24,000 nt of DNA from Candidatus Altimarinota bacterium (GTDB lineage: Bacteria; Patescibacteriota; Gracilibacteria; JAUYGZ01). The position numbers were made by a program, and so were the translations under genes. The notes below the pieces were generated by a model. That model was given only the letters and a program-made list of their open reading frames with translations. It did not search any database and was not told where the DNA came from. Each line of letters starts with the position of its first letter. Within the stretch, counting starts at the first letter, position 1. Of the stretch, positions 14,410 through 22,805 are shown piece after piece. The DNA is taken from NCBI GenBank assembly GCA_029233985.1, contig JARGOK010000001.1:409096-433095 (forward strand), in the 5' to 3' direction.

Positions 14410-16629
14410 CTACTTCACCACTTGCACCAAATCACTTCCATAACTCTTCTCTTGGAACCTCCGGTCGATAATATGAAGCGTTTTCTCGGTGTCTCGCTTG
14501 GTAAAGTTATTGACGATCTCGAGCATATTGTTGATCGTGCTTGGCATGACATAATCCACGAATGCGTTGTTGTATTGTTCTGACCGAGCTACATTTACCG
14601 GATTTCCTGGAGGGTCGAAAGGTACGCATTGGATTACCATATTATCGAAGTCACAAAACTCGTCACCGAAGGCTCGCATGTTTCGGTAGGTGAGGAAGAT
14701 TACTTTATTGTCATTTTCAGATCCAGAAAAACGATCCTTGAGCTTTCCTGTCCCACCACTAATGTCTTCAGCAAAAGCGTCCATGTTTTCACTGATAACC
14801 AGATAGAGGTCAAAGAAGTAACGTTTGAGCATGCTTTTAGAAGAAAAAATGACTCCCGTTTTTCCTTTGAGCTGTGGTAAGAGAGCTGCAAGATAACTGA
14901 TTAAGCCTTGATGCATTTCGTCTCGACCAGACCCTCCGAGTTCACTAATTGGAGGGAGATTGATGGCTATATCTGGCTCGTGCTCAATTGAGATTTTTTC
15001 TGTGTTCTCAGGCAACCAAGAAAAGTGATCTCGAGTGGTGCTAACAAATGTCGTCTTTGTTTGGCTAAAGAGATGTTTATTGAGGAGTACATCTACACTG
15101 AGAGGTGCAGAAGTAATACTGGTACCTCGACGAGGATCAACGCTCAGCCAACGCACCCAACTCGGGTCGGTATTCAGAAAGAAGACCTGGAAGTATTTGA
15201 GATAAGAGCTGACACTATCGTTTTCGGAATGTTTCTCGAGGAGCTCTTGAACTGTTTTTGCCAATGACTGAAACTCATTACTAGAAATAATATTTGGCGT
15301 GAGCCCCACGTGTTCTGTGTACTGAGAAGAAGGAACGAGAACTTTTCCGAGCTGGTCTAGGGTGCTAAAGAATGATTCCCCAGCGTTGTTCCAGTCTTCC
15401 GTATCCATCATATTCTTCCACTGATCTAGAAAGAGCGCTTTCCCAAAACAGCGGGTAGCGTTTTGTTCGATCAACTGAGGCTCGAGGACGACGAGGTGAT
15501 CAAAGTTTTGGATGAGTTCGAGATCATTGAGCAAATTGAAATGATTTGTAATGACTTGCTGACTCTCGAGTGTCTGCTTTAGCAGCTTGCTGTATCCTGA
15601 ATCTTCTTTGCCACGATCTTCATCATCTGCATGAATTCGAGACCAGATTTGCCGCTCTGGATGTGTCAGTCGGAGTTGCTCTTGAGTATTGAATTCTGGA
15701 TAGAGAATGGTTTTGAGAAGAAACATGCTCTCGGCTGTATCGTATTTTTCTTTTTTCTTGAGGACTTCGAGTTTTTCTTCACTGATACAAGAGTAAGGAG
15801 AATGAAGCACCGTTGCTTCAGGCAATAATGATTGCAAGTGCTCGGTTGCATGACCATAACCGGCAATATAAAGTGTCTTTTTATCTGCAGGAAGCATTGC
15901 AGCTATCTGTGGAGCATTTTTTCGTGGTGCGTGTATCAAACTAGAAGGAGCTGATGAACTCAGGTCTTGGTCAGGTTTTGATCCTATGGTTTCTTCAATC
16001 ACATTGCTCTCTGATATTTTGTGGCGATTCGTTGGATGCTCTTGCATGAAGTAGTCGAGCAGTGGCCATTCAGATTTTTTTGTCAGCTCAGTGAGAGCAG
16101 CTCTTTGTTCATCAGATAATTTGGGAAAAGTGTCAGTGAGAATTTCCCAGAGGTAATAGCAGGCCATGACATCAGCCATAGCTCGATGACTGTCTTCGTG
16201 TCCAATATTAAAATACTTGGTATTGGTTTCGAGACTGTGTGATGGTAACTCGGGGTAGAGGATATTTGAGAGCAAATATGTATCCCAAAGTTCATTATTG
16301 TCGAGCTCTATCCCCTTTTCAACTAAGAAATTCCAATCGAACCAGATATTGTGTCCCATAAGAGGGTCGTCTCCGATAAATTCTTTTACCTTTTCCTTCA
16401 AGTCTTTGAAGTCTGGTGCTTCTTCAATATCTTTTGCTGATATACCCGTCAGGTATGAAACATGATTTGAAATTGGAAGTGGGGTAAAGACAAAACTTTC
16501 AAATCGGTCGATTATTTCTCCGTCTCGTACCTTTACCATAGCGATTTCGATAATGTCGCAGGTTTGAGGTTCGAGTCCTGTTGTTTCGAGATCAAGGGAA
16601 ATGTAATTTGAGTAGTTTTTGTCGCTCAT
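14410..16629 (-). CDS. DnaQ-like 3'-5' exonuclease fused to a degenerate DinG/Rad3-type helicase-like region
   Basis: 739 aa. The N-terminal DEDDh exonuclease motifs are intact: SLDLETTGL, GHNIWFDWNFL and HRAMADVMA. The C-terminal part resembles DinG helicase domain 2 (GVIFSSKSMLKRY, VIQCVPFDPPGNP, IIDRRF). No canonical Walker A was found by eye. Confidence 0.75.
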   Translation of the reverse strand: MSDKNYSNYISLDLETTGLEPQTCDIIEIAMVKVRDGEIIDRFESFVFTPLPISNHVSYLTGISAKDIEEAPDFKDLKEKVKEFIGDDPLMGHNIWFDWNFLVEKGIELDNNELWDTYLLSNILYPELPSHSLETNTKYFNIGHEDSHRAMADVMACYYLWEILTDTFPKLSDEQRAALTELTKKSEWPLLDYFMQEHPTNRHKISESNVIEETIGSKPDQDLSSSAPSSLIHAPRKNAPQIAAMLPADKKTLYIAGYGHATEHLQSLLPEATVLHSPYSCISEEKLEVLKKKEKYDTAESMFLLKTILYPEFNTQEQLRLTHPERQIWSRIHADDEDRGKEDSGYSKLLKQTLESQQVITNHFNLLNDLELIQNFDHLVVLEPQLIEQNATRCFGKALFLDQWKNMMDTEDWNNAGESFFSTLDQLGKVLVPSSQYTEHVGLTPNIISSNEFQSLAKTVQELLEKHSENDSVSSYLKYFQVFFLNTDPSWVRWLSVDPRRGTSITSAPLSVDVLLNKHLFSQTKTTFVSTTRDHFSWLPENTEKISIEHEPDIAINLPPISELGGSGRDEMHQGLISYLAALLPQLKGKTGVIFSSKSMLKRYFFDLYLVISENMDAFAEDISGGTGKLKDRFSGSENDNKVIFLTYRNMRAFGDEFCDFDNMVIQCVPFDPPGNPVNVARSEQYNNAFVDYVMPSTINNMLEIVNNFTKRDTEKTLHIIDRRFQEKSYGSDLVQVVK

Positions 16630-16714
16630 GAGAAAGGTTAAATGCCTAGCAAAGATATCAGGTATTGAAGGAACTTGAAACGAATTCTACAGGGTATTGT
16701 TATTAAGGATTGCT

Positions 16715-16790
16715 GGCTCCATGTCGCCGTACTGGAGCCAAAGGGGTATTGGGATCTCGTACGAAGGCATGCGATATGGTCCAACAATAG
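16715..16790 (-). repeat. Family B conserved hairpin element, copy B2
   Basis: GGCTCCA-TGTCGCCGTAC-TGGAGCC (16715-16739), then ATTGG (16748-16752), a variable insert, and CCAACAATAG (16781-16790). It aligns with 3213-3281. It lies between copy A3 and the exonuclease gene start at 16629. Confidence 0.7.
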
Positions 16791-16795
16791 TCATA

Positions 16796-16857
16796 GGTGA
16801 GAATCGAAATTCCCACCGTTGCCGTGCAACCGATCAGAAATTCGATTCTGATCTACG
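16796..16857. repeat. Family A twin-hairpin intergenic element, copy A3
   Basis: GGTGAGAAT-CGAA-ATTCCCACC (16796-16817), a spacer ending CAACC, GATCAGA-AATTCGAT-TCTGATC (16832-16853), then TACG. It has a single stem mismatch, A-C on the plus strand and G-U on the minus strand. Confidence 0.85.
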
Positions 16858-17043
16858 GAAACATATCATTCATTGAGGCATAGAATACAGAACAATAGAG
16901 TTTATGACATTCACCTTGTTCTGCTTTCTCTTTTGATCGACTAGAACATCTAAATGCTCCTTTTTCACGACATTTTTTCTTCTTTATTTCTCTTGTTAGC
17001 CTTTTTGAATTACACTAAAGGAGCTTATTTGAATTCTCTATAG

Positions 17044-19458
17044 ATGGTTTCACGATATTCACAACGACAGACGAGTTCCCGATGGAAAATCGACCGTATT
17101 TCTCTTTTGAAAGGTGTTCTTTTCCTCCTTTTCACAGTGCTTCTGGTGCGTCTCTTTCAGCTACAGGTACTCCAACATGAGGAATACAGTGCATACGCTC
17201 AACAGCGTATGCAAGAGAAAGTCATTACAGCTCGTAGAGGACGTATTCTCTTAAAGGATGGCGAACATGATTTTTTTGAGCTCGCTAATAATGTCTCGCT
17301 TGAGCTGTTGTTTGCTGACCCTTACTTACTCGAGCAAAGAGCCCTTGAGAAAGCACAAATGGCAGTAGAAGACCCGAACAGGGCTGCACGCATGTCTGCC
17401 CCCACCCCGAGTGCAATTGCGCTAGCTATTGGTCCGATTTTGTTTGATATGGTCAAAGAGCGTTCAACATCATGTGATCAAGATGAAGAATGTCTTCGTC
17501 AGGCTATCGATGATACCTTTTTTAGTCAAAAACGAGCACAGGTCTTGAGGGATTATGAAGAACAGAAGCTTTTAGATCTAGAATTTGAGATCCCTGAAGT
17601 ACCCCTAAAGACTGAAGAAGAATTATTGTTGGAATATGTTACGGACCTCGCCCAAAAGCTCTCTAAAACAGAGCGCGACTATGTCATTTTGAAAATCAAT
17701 GTGGGACCTGAAATAATAAAACAAGTCCAAGAACTCACGCTGACAGGAGTCTACACTCGTCCTGAAACGGTTTGGACAAACCCTTTGGAAGTCATTGATG
17801 CCCAAGGTGCTGCTCTTGCCCTTGCCCCCCTACTCGAAATGGATCTGGATGTATTGGAAAGATCCCTCAGTAGACGACCAAACCGCTATGTAAAAGTGAT
17901 GAACCGCATTGATTTTGAAACCGCAGAAAAAATCCGCCAATTGAATATTGCCGGACTTGGGTTTACCGATGAACACTGGAGAAACTATGCCGAACAAGCT
18001 GGGAATCCTTTTGCTCCACAACTGATTGGATTTTTGGATAATGCCTTTAACCCTGTTTATGGGATCGAGAGAAGCATGAACACTGAACTAGCTGGTCAGA
18101 CAGGAGTTATTAAAGGTGAAGTCGACCTCCAGGGACGAACGCTTACTGCACGCTCGAGCTTTATCGAGCAAGCCATTAATGGAACAGATATCGTTCTTTC
18201 GATTGATCAAGTTGTGCAAAACAAAGTGGAAGAACTTCTCAAGAACCAAGTGCTGGAATCACAGGCGAGAGCTGGCCAGGTCATTGTTCAGAATCCTCAA
18301 ACTGGTGAGATTATGGCAATGGCTTCTTACCCAGGATTTAATCCAAATCGCCCAGGTGATACTTATGAAAAAGAAGAATTTGAACTTACAGATGAAGAAA
18401 TTGAGGACTTGGAAGTGAAAACAACGAAGGATGGAGACCGCTACTTTCATTATTACAATCCGGGGTACAAAATCGAAGTTTTTAAGCAAGGTGAAGACCG
18501 CTATTTCAGATATAAAAACAATGGCGAAGGAATCAGTGTCTATAGAAACACCAATGTATCTGATTTTTATGAACCAGGATCAGTATTTAAAGCCATCATT
18601 ATGGCGACAGCAATCGATTCAAAAGAAATTCGCCCAATCGATAATTTCAATGACAGTGGACCAATGGATGTAGATTGCCATCGTGTTTTCAAAGGAACCC
18701 CTGAAGAATATGTAAAATGCGACTACACGATAAAAAACTCTACTCGAAAATACTATGGAATCATGACGATGACCCAAATTCTTGAAAAATCACTGAATAC
18801 TGGAATGGCCTATATTGCCAAAAAAATTGGTCCAAGCCTTCTTTTTGACTACTTACAAAACTTTGGATTTGGAGAAAAATCTGGAATAGAGCTCCCCGAC
18901 GAAAGTGCTGGAAAACTGACCCACTATAGGAATTGGGTTTCTGAATCAGACCTAGTTACCAAAGCATTTGGACAAGGAATTGCCACGACTCCTCTACAAG
19001 TCATCAATGCCTTCTCCGCAGTGATCAACGGTGGGATTTTGTACCAACCAACAGTGATTGCAGGAGCTCTGGACAGATTTGGAGAATACGAAGAGAAAAA
19101 ACCTCAAATTATCCGACGTGTTATTAGCGAACAATCATCGGAAATTATGAAATCTATGCTCATTAGCTCCGTAAAGCGTGGAGTGGCTGAACCAGCCGCT
19201 ATTGAAGATTATAAAATCGGTGGAAAAACAGGTACTTCTCAAATCGCTACCAAAGGACAATATGAAAAAGGAGAAGGGTCAACAATAGCGAGTTTCGCAG
19301 GATTTGCACCATACGATGATCCTCAATTCGTCATTTTGGTGAAAATTGACCGCCCTGTTACCAGTCCATGGGGTGCGACAAATGCTGCTCCACTCTTTCA
19401 GAAGGTTGCATCCTTTCTCTTGGACTACCTGCAAATCACACCAGATGACGTCCAATAA
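17044..19458 (+). CDS. Class B penicillin-binding protein (FtsI/PBP2-type transpeptidase), unusually long
   Basis: 804 aa with an N-terminal TM span. Transpeptidase motifs are SVFK (Ser513), SLN and KTGT. It carries large insertions relative to typical class B PBPs of 580-700 aa. Confidence 0.88.
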   Translation: MVSRYSQRQTSSRWKIDRISLLKGVLFLLFTVLLVRLFQLQVLQHEEYSAYAQQRMQEKVITARRGRILLKDGEHDFFELANNVSLELLFADPYLLEQRALEKAQMAVEDPNRAARMSAPTPSAIALAIGPILFDMVKERSTSCDQDEECLRQAIDDTFFSQKRAQVLRDYEEQKLLDLEFEIPEVPLKTEEELLLEYVTDLAQKLSKTERDYVILKINVGPEIIKQVQELTLTGVYTRPETVWTNPLEVIDAQGAALALAPLLEMDLDVLERSLSRRPNRYVKVMNRIDFETAEKIRQLNIAGLGFTDEHWRNYAEQAGNPFAPQLIGFLDNAFNPVYGIERSMNTELAGQTGVIKGEVDLQGRTLTARSSFIEQAINGTDIVLSIDQVVQNKVEELLKNQVLESQARAGQVIVQNPQTGEIMAMASYPGFNPNRPGDTYEKEEFELTDEEIEDLEVKTTKDGDRYFHYYNPGYKIEVFKQGEDRYFRYKNNGEGISVYRNTNVSDFYEPGSVFKAIIMATAIDSKEIRPIDNFNDSGPMDVDCHRVFKGTPEEYVKCDYTIKNSTRKYYGIMTMTQILEKSLNTGMAYIAKKIGPSLLFDYLQNFGFGEKSGIELPDESAGKLTHYRNWVSESDLVTKAFGQGIATTPLQVINAFSAVINGGILYQPTVIAGALDRFGEYEEKKPQIIRRVISEQSSEIMKSMLISSVKRGVAEPAAIEDYKIGGKTGTSQIATKGQYEKGEGSTIASFAGFAPYDDPQFVILVKIDRPVTSPWGATNAAPLFQKVASFLLDYLQITPDDVQ

Positions 19459-19567
19459 ATTGATCCTATTTGTATTCACAATACGATAACAGTAGGACAA
19501 GATGTTCGTTGTCTCTACTAAGAAGAAATAGAGCCAATAGCCTTCAAGTATGCACATACTAACCCAC

Positions 19568-19596
19568 TTGATATTTTGTCAAATTTATGTTATTAT
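19568..19596 (+). promoter_or_regulatory. Candidate promoter for the PrsW-family gene
   Basis: TTGATA (19568-19573), 17 nt of spacer, then TATTAT (19591-19596), about 50 nt upstream of the ATG at 19646. Confidence 0.4.
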
Positions 19597-19645
19597 TATT
19601 TGATGTCCATATTGGAATATCATACTCTTTTCCTTATCATAGCTC

Positions 19646-20566
19646 ATGCTAAGTATGCCCCTTAGTATTCTCGTTATCATCCTCATGGCTGTAGCACCAG
19701 CTCTTGGGTGGATTGCAGTGTATTATTACCTCGATAGTAGAGACCCTGAACCAAAAGTGGCTATTCTAGTCTCAGTAATTCTTGGGATGCTCTCTACAAT
19801 GCCTATATTTGCTATGCAATATATTTTTGAGACCTTTCCAGACTTTGACCTGCTCTCTATCATTCAGGGGAAAGTGGGCAGTCCTTTTACTTTTGCAGTA
19901 GGATTTCTGGTCTTCGTTGCTGTTTTAGAAGAGTTTTCTAAAGGAGTTGCTTTTCTCTGCTCAGAAAGAATTCATCAAAAAGTCTTTAACCAGGTCGTAG
20001 ATGGGATTGTCTATGCTGCCTGCGTAGGACTTGGATTTGCCATTGCTGAAAATATTTACTATTTTGTCCGAGCTATGGAAACCTTCGAATGGTCCTCTGA
20101 ATTCATTGCTATCTTCACAATACGTTCCTTTGGAACGATGCTGGCACACTCACTCTTTTCTGGTCTTTTTGGATTCTACTTTGCAAAGGCCTATTTTGCT
20201 CCTTTTTTAGAGGTAGATCCAAAAGAACGACCCTCTTTTTTGCGGCGTTTTCCAAAGAATGTAAAAAAAGCAATTAAATTGAATGCGACCTTCTTTTACC
20301 TGATGCCAAAAGATTCGAGAGTAGATATGGAGATTGAACGTAATGCAACTATTATTGAAGGATTTATTGTCGCGATGTTTCTTCATTTCGTCTACAATTT
20401 CTTGATTAAGATCGAACTCTTTGGACAGCACTGGACCTTTTTGATCGTCCCTCTGGTCTTCATCATGTGTTGGTTTGTCTGGAGCAGGTTTTTTGCACAC
20501 ATGTATATCCGAATCGTTGACTTTGTCAGGGTCAGACGAGATGTCTATCGTGTTAAAATGCACTAA
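19646..20566 (+). CDS. PrsW-family intramembrane metalloprotease
   Basis: 306 aa, polytopic, with the conserved EEFSKG (EExxK) motif and His-containing TM motifs (LAHSLFSG, FLHFVYNF) typical of the PrsW/CAAX-like protease family. Confidence 0.7.
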   Translation: MLSMPLSILVIILMAVAPALGWIAVYYYLDSRDPEPKVAILVSVILGMLSTMPIFAMQYIFETFPDFDLLSIIQGKVGSPFTFAVGFLVFVAVLEEFSKGVAFLCSERIHQKVFNQVVDGIVYAACVGLGFAIAENIYYFVRAMETFEWSSEFIAIFTIRSFGTMLAHSLFSGLFGFYFAKAYFAPFLEVDPKERPSFLRRFPKNVKKAIKLNATFFYLMPKDSRVDMEIERNATIIEGFIVAMFLHFVYNFLIKIELFGQHWTFLIVPLVFIMCWFVWSRFFAHMYIRIVDFVRVRRDVYRVKMH

Positions 20567-20584
20567 CATAAAGCGATTAATGGC

Positions 20585-20613
20585 TTGATTAAGGGGCATT
20601 GCGTCTTTAAAAT
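20585..20613 (+). promoter_or_regulatory. Candidate promoter for miaB
   Basis: TTGATT (20585-20590), 17 nt of spacer, then TAAAAT (20608-20613). The predicted start is about 17 nt before the ATG at 20638. Confidence 0.4.
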
Positions 20614-20616
20614 AGG

Positions 20617-20637
20617 CAGGCTATAGAGCCTGTTTTT
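20617..20637 (+). terminator. Weak hairpin plus T-tract after the PrsW-family gene
   Basis: CAGGCT-atag-AGCCTG (20617-20632) followed by TTTTT (20633-20637), abutting the miaB ATG. The stem is short (6 bp). Confidence 0.35.
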
Positions 20638-21984
20638 ATGAAGTACCATGTAGAAGTCCACGGATGCCAAATGAATGTGTCGGATGCAGAACGTATCGCG
20701 ACGGTTTGTGAGCAAAATGGATATACAAAAACCGATGACTGGAGAAAATCTGATGTGCTCATATATGTCAGTTGCTCTATCAAGCAAAAAGCTGAAGACA
20801 AGATCATCGGTCATATGAAGGAACTTGACCAGATAAAGAAAACTCGCCCCCATATGAAAGTTGGTATTACAGGATGTATGGTGAGAGAAACGAGCAGCCA
20901 AGATGATGAGAAAAAAGACAAGATCTTAAAAAGAATCCCTACCGTTGATTTTGTTTTCCGTATGGAAGACCTTGATCAGCTGGATTATTATTTTCGTGAA
21001 GAGACTCCTCTTGATATTGGGAAAGATTTTGGAGATCAGGGGTATCTCGAAGTACCACCAAATCCCATGATGCCATTCAAAGGGAACATCCCTATTATGA
21101 CCGGATGTGATAATTTTTGCACCTTTTGTATTGTCCCCTACTCAAGAGGAAGAGAACAATCTCGTCTCATGTCTGAAATTATTCGAGATGCAAAAGACAT
21201 GGCGGCGAAAGGGGTGACTGAGATTCTTTTGCTCGGACAGAATGTGAATTCTTTTGGAAATAAAAATGATGTCTACGATGAACATTTTTCAGAAGCTGAG
21301 ACACACCCATTCACTCACCTTTTGATTGAACTCAATAAAATCAAAGGACTTAAACGCATTAGATACACCAGCCCAAACCCCAAAGATATAACTGAAGAAC
21401 TGATAGAAGCCATGGCTCAACTCGACAAAGTGTGTGAACACGTCCACATCCCCTTGCAATCAGGTGATGATGAAATGCTAAAACGAATGAACCGTCACTA
21501 TAGTGCAGAACATTTCTTAAGCCTGATCACTTTGATTCGAAAACATATGCCAAGAGCAGGTATTACTACTGATATTATTGTAGGCTTTAGTGGAGAAAGT
21601 GAAGAACAATTTATGAATACGTTTAAAGTCTGCCAACAAGCAAAATTTGATTTGTCATACACTTCAAAGTATTCGGAAAGGAAGCAAACCTATGCTGGGA
21701 GATTCTTAGATGATGATATTGCAAAGGATGAAAAAGACAAACGCTACCATCGTATCAATGACCTCCTGAGAGAAACTTCATTCGAAAGCAATAAAAAATA
21801 TGTTGGAGAAACCTGGGAGATACTCGTTGACAACTTCAAAGATGGATATGCATCTGGAAAAACTCGCACAAACAGAACAGTTCGTTTTCTCACTAATGAG
21901 AAAACCACTGCTGGTGACTATGTAAATGTAAAAATAAAAAAAGCGAGAGAGTGGATCATGGAAGGAGAAATCATAAACTCATAA
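20638..21984 (+). CDS. miaB: tRNA-2-methylthio-N6-dimethylallyladenosine synthase (radical SAM methylthiotransferase)
   Basis: 448 aa with the N-terminal MTTase motif HGCQMNVSDAE and the radical-SAM cluster CDNFCTFCIVPYSRG. The C-terminus is TRAM-like. Confidence 0.88.
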   Translation: MKYHVEVHGCQMNVSDAERIATVCEQNGYTKTDDWRKSDVLIYVSCSIKQKAEDKIIGHMKELDQIKKTRPHMKVGITGCMVRETSSQDDEKKDKILKRIPTVDFVFRMEDLDQLDYYFREETPLDIGKDFGDQGYLEVPPNPMMPFKGNIPIMTGCDNFCTFCIVPYSRGREQSRLMSEIIRDAKDMAAKGVTEILLLGQNVNSFGNKNDVYDEHFSEAETHPFTHLLIELNKIKGLKRIRYTSPNPKDITEELIEAMAQLDKVCEHVHIPLQSGDDEMLKRMNRHYSAEHFLSLITLIRKHMPRAGITTDIIVGFSGESEEQFMNTFKVCQQAKFDLSYTSKYSERKQTYAGRFLDDDIAKDEKDKRYHRINDLLRETSFESNKKYVGETWEILVDNFKDGYASGKTRTNRTVRFLTNEKTTAGDYVNVKIKKAREWIMEGEIINS

Positions 21985-21998
21985 ATTAACACAAACAT

Positions 21999-22748
21999 AT
22001 GCCACATGACTTTTCACCATTTCTCTTTGAAATATATGGTTTTGGAATTCGTTACTATTCTCTCGCTTATCTCCTAGGTGTATTTTTTACTTATATCTGG
22101 CTTTCGCGAGTTGCTGACTATGACAAAAAACTGATTGAAGATTATTCACTGAATGGTTTTTTTGTCATCATTATTGGAGGAAGACTGGGGGAGTTTCTTT
22201 TTTATCAACCTCAGTGGTTTTGGGACCCTCTTCAGATATTAAAAATATGGCAAGGGGGTATGAGTTTTCATGGAGGCTTTATTGCTGTAATTCTTTGGAC
22301 TTGGTACTACCTCAGAAAACACAAATGGGATTTTTGGAAATTCACTGATGCACTCGTGGTACCCGCTGCGTTTGGGATTGCTATGGCAAAGTTTGGAAAC
22401 TTCATGAATGGAGAACTCTGGGGACGACCCACTGATGTCTCTTGGTGCTTTGTCTTCCCATCAGCAGATGATCTTTGCCGACACCCATCCGTAATGTATC
22501 AAGTAATAGGAAATCTTCTGGTCGGAATAGCACTCCTGTGGAGTACCTTTAAGAAACTCCCCAAAGGTGTTTCAACCTCTCTCTTTTTAATCGGCTATGG
22601 CATAGCCCGCGTAACAGTAGAAGTTTTTTGGAGAGAACCAGACTGGTCCTACATGGGAGTCAGCTCAGGTACTTGGCTCAGCTTGCCAATGATTGCAACG
22701 GGACTATTGCTTTTAGTGCTTTCACTAAAAAGACGAGATAAGCAATGA
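21999..22748 (+). CDS. lgt: Prolipoprotein diacylglyceryl transferase
   Basis: 249 aa with Lgt motifs GGMSFHGGF and KFGNFMNGELWGRPT. Stops on TGA. Confidence 0.9.
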   Translation: MPHDFSPFLFEIYGFGIRYYSLAYLLGVFFTYIWLSRVADYDKKLIEDYSLNGFFVIIIGGRLGEFLFYQPQWFWDPLQILKIWQGGMSFHGGFIAVILWTWYYLRKHKWDFWKFTDALVVPAAFGIAMAKFGNFMNGELWGRPTDVSWCFVFPSADDLCRHPSVMYQVIGNLLVGIALLWSTFKKLPKGVSTSLFLIGYGIARVTVEVFWREPDWSYMGVSSGTWLSLPMIATGLLLLVLSLKRRDKQ

Positions 22749-22805
22749 GTGTGCGTCTTTACGGTGCTGTTATATGAGATACCAACACCAAGCATCGCTC
22801 CATTT

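Noticed and set aside
14152-14583. 106-aa plus-strand ORF (14263-14583) and the roughly 260-bp gap after the ftsZ terminator
   Set aside because: The ORF overlaps the 3' end of the exonuclease gene in antisense for about 170 nt and has no recognisable motifs. I found no convincing small ORF or conserved structure in the gap. It is most likely a 3' UTR or spacer.
19531-19545. GAGCCAATAG downstream of the PBP gene, identical to the 3' end of family B copy B1
   Set aside because: Only a 10-mer is shared. The defining hairpin GGYTCCA-N11-TGGRRCC is absent, so I do not count it as a third B copy.
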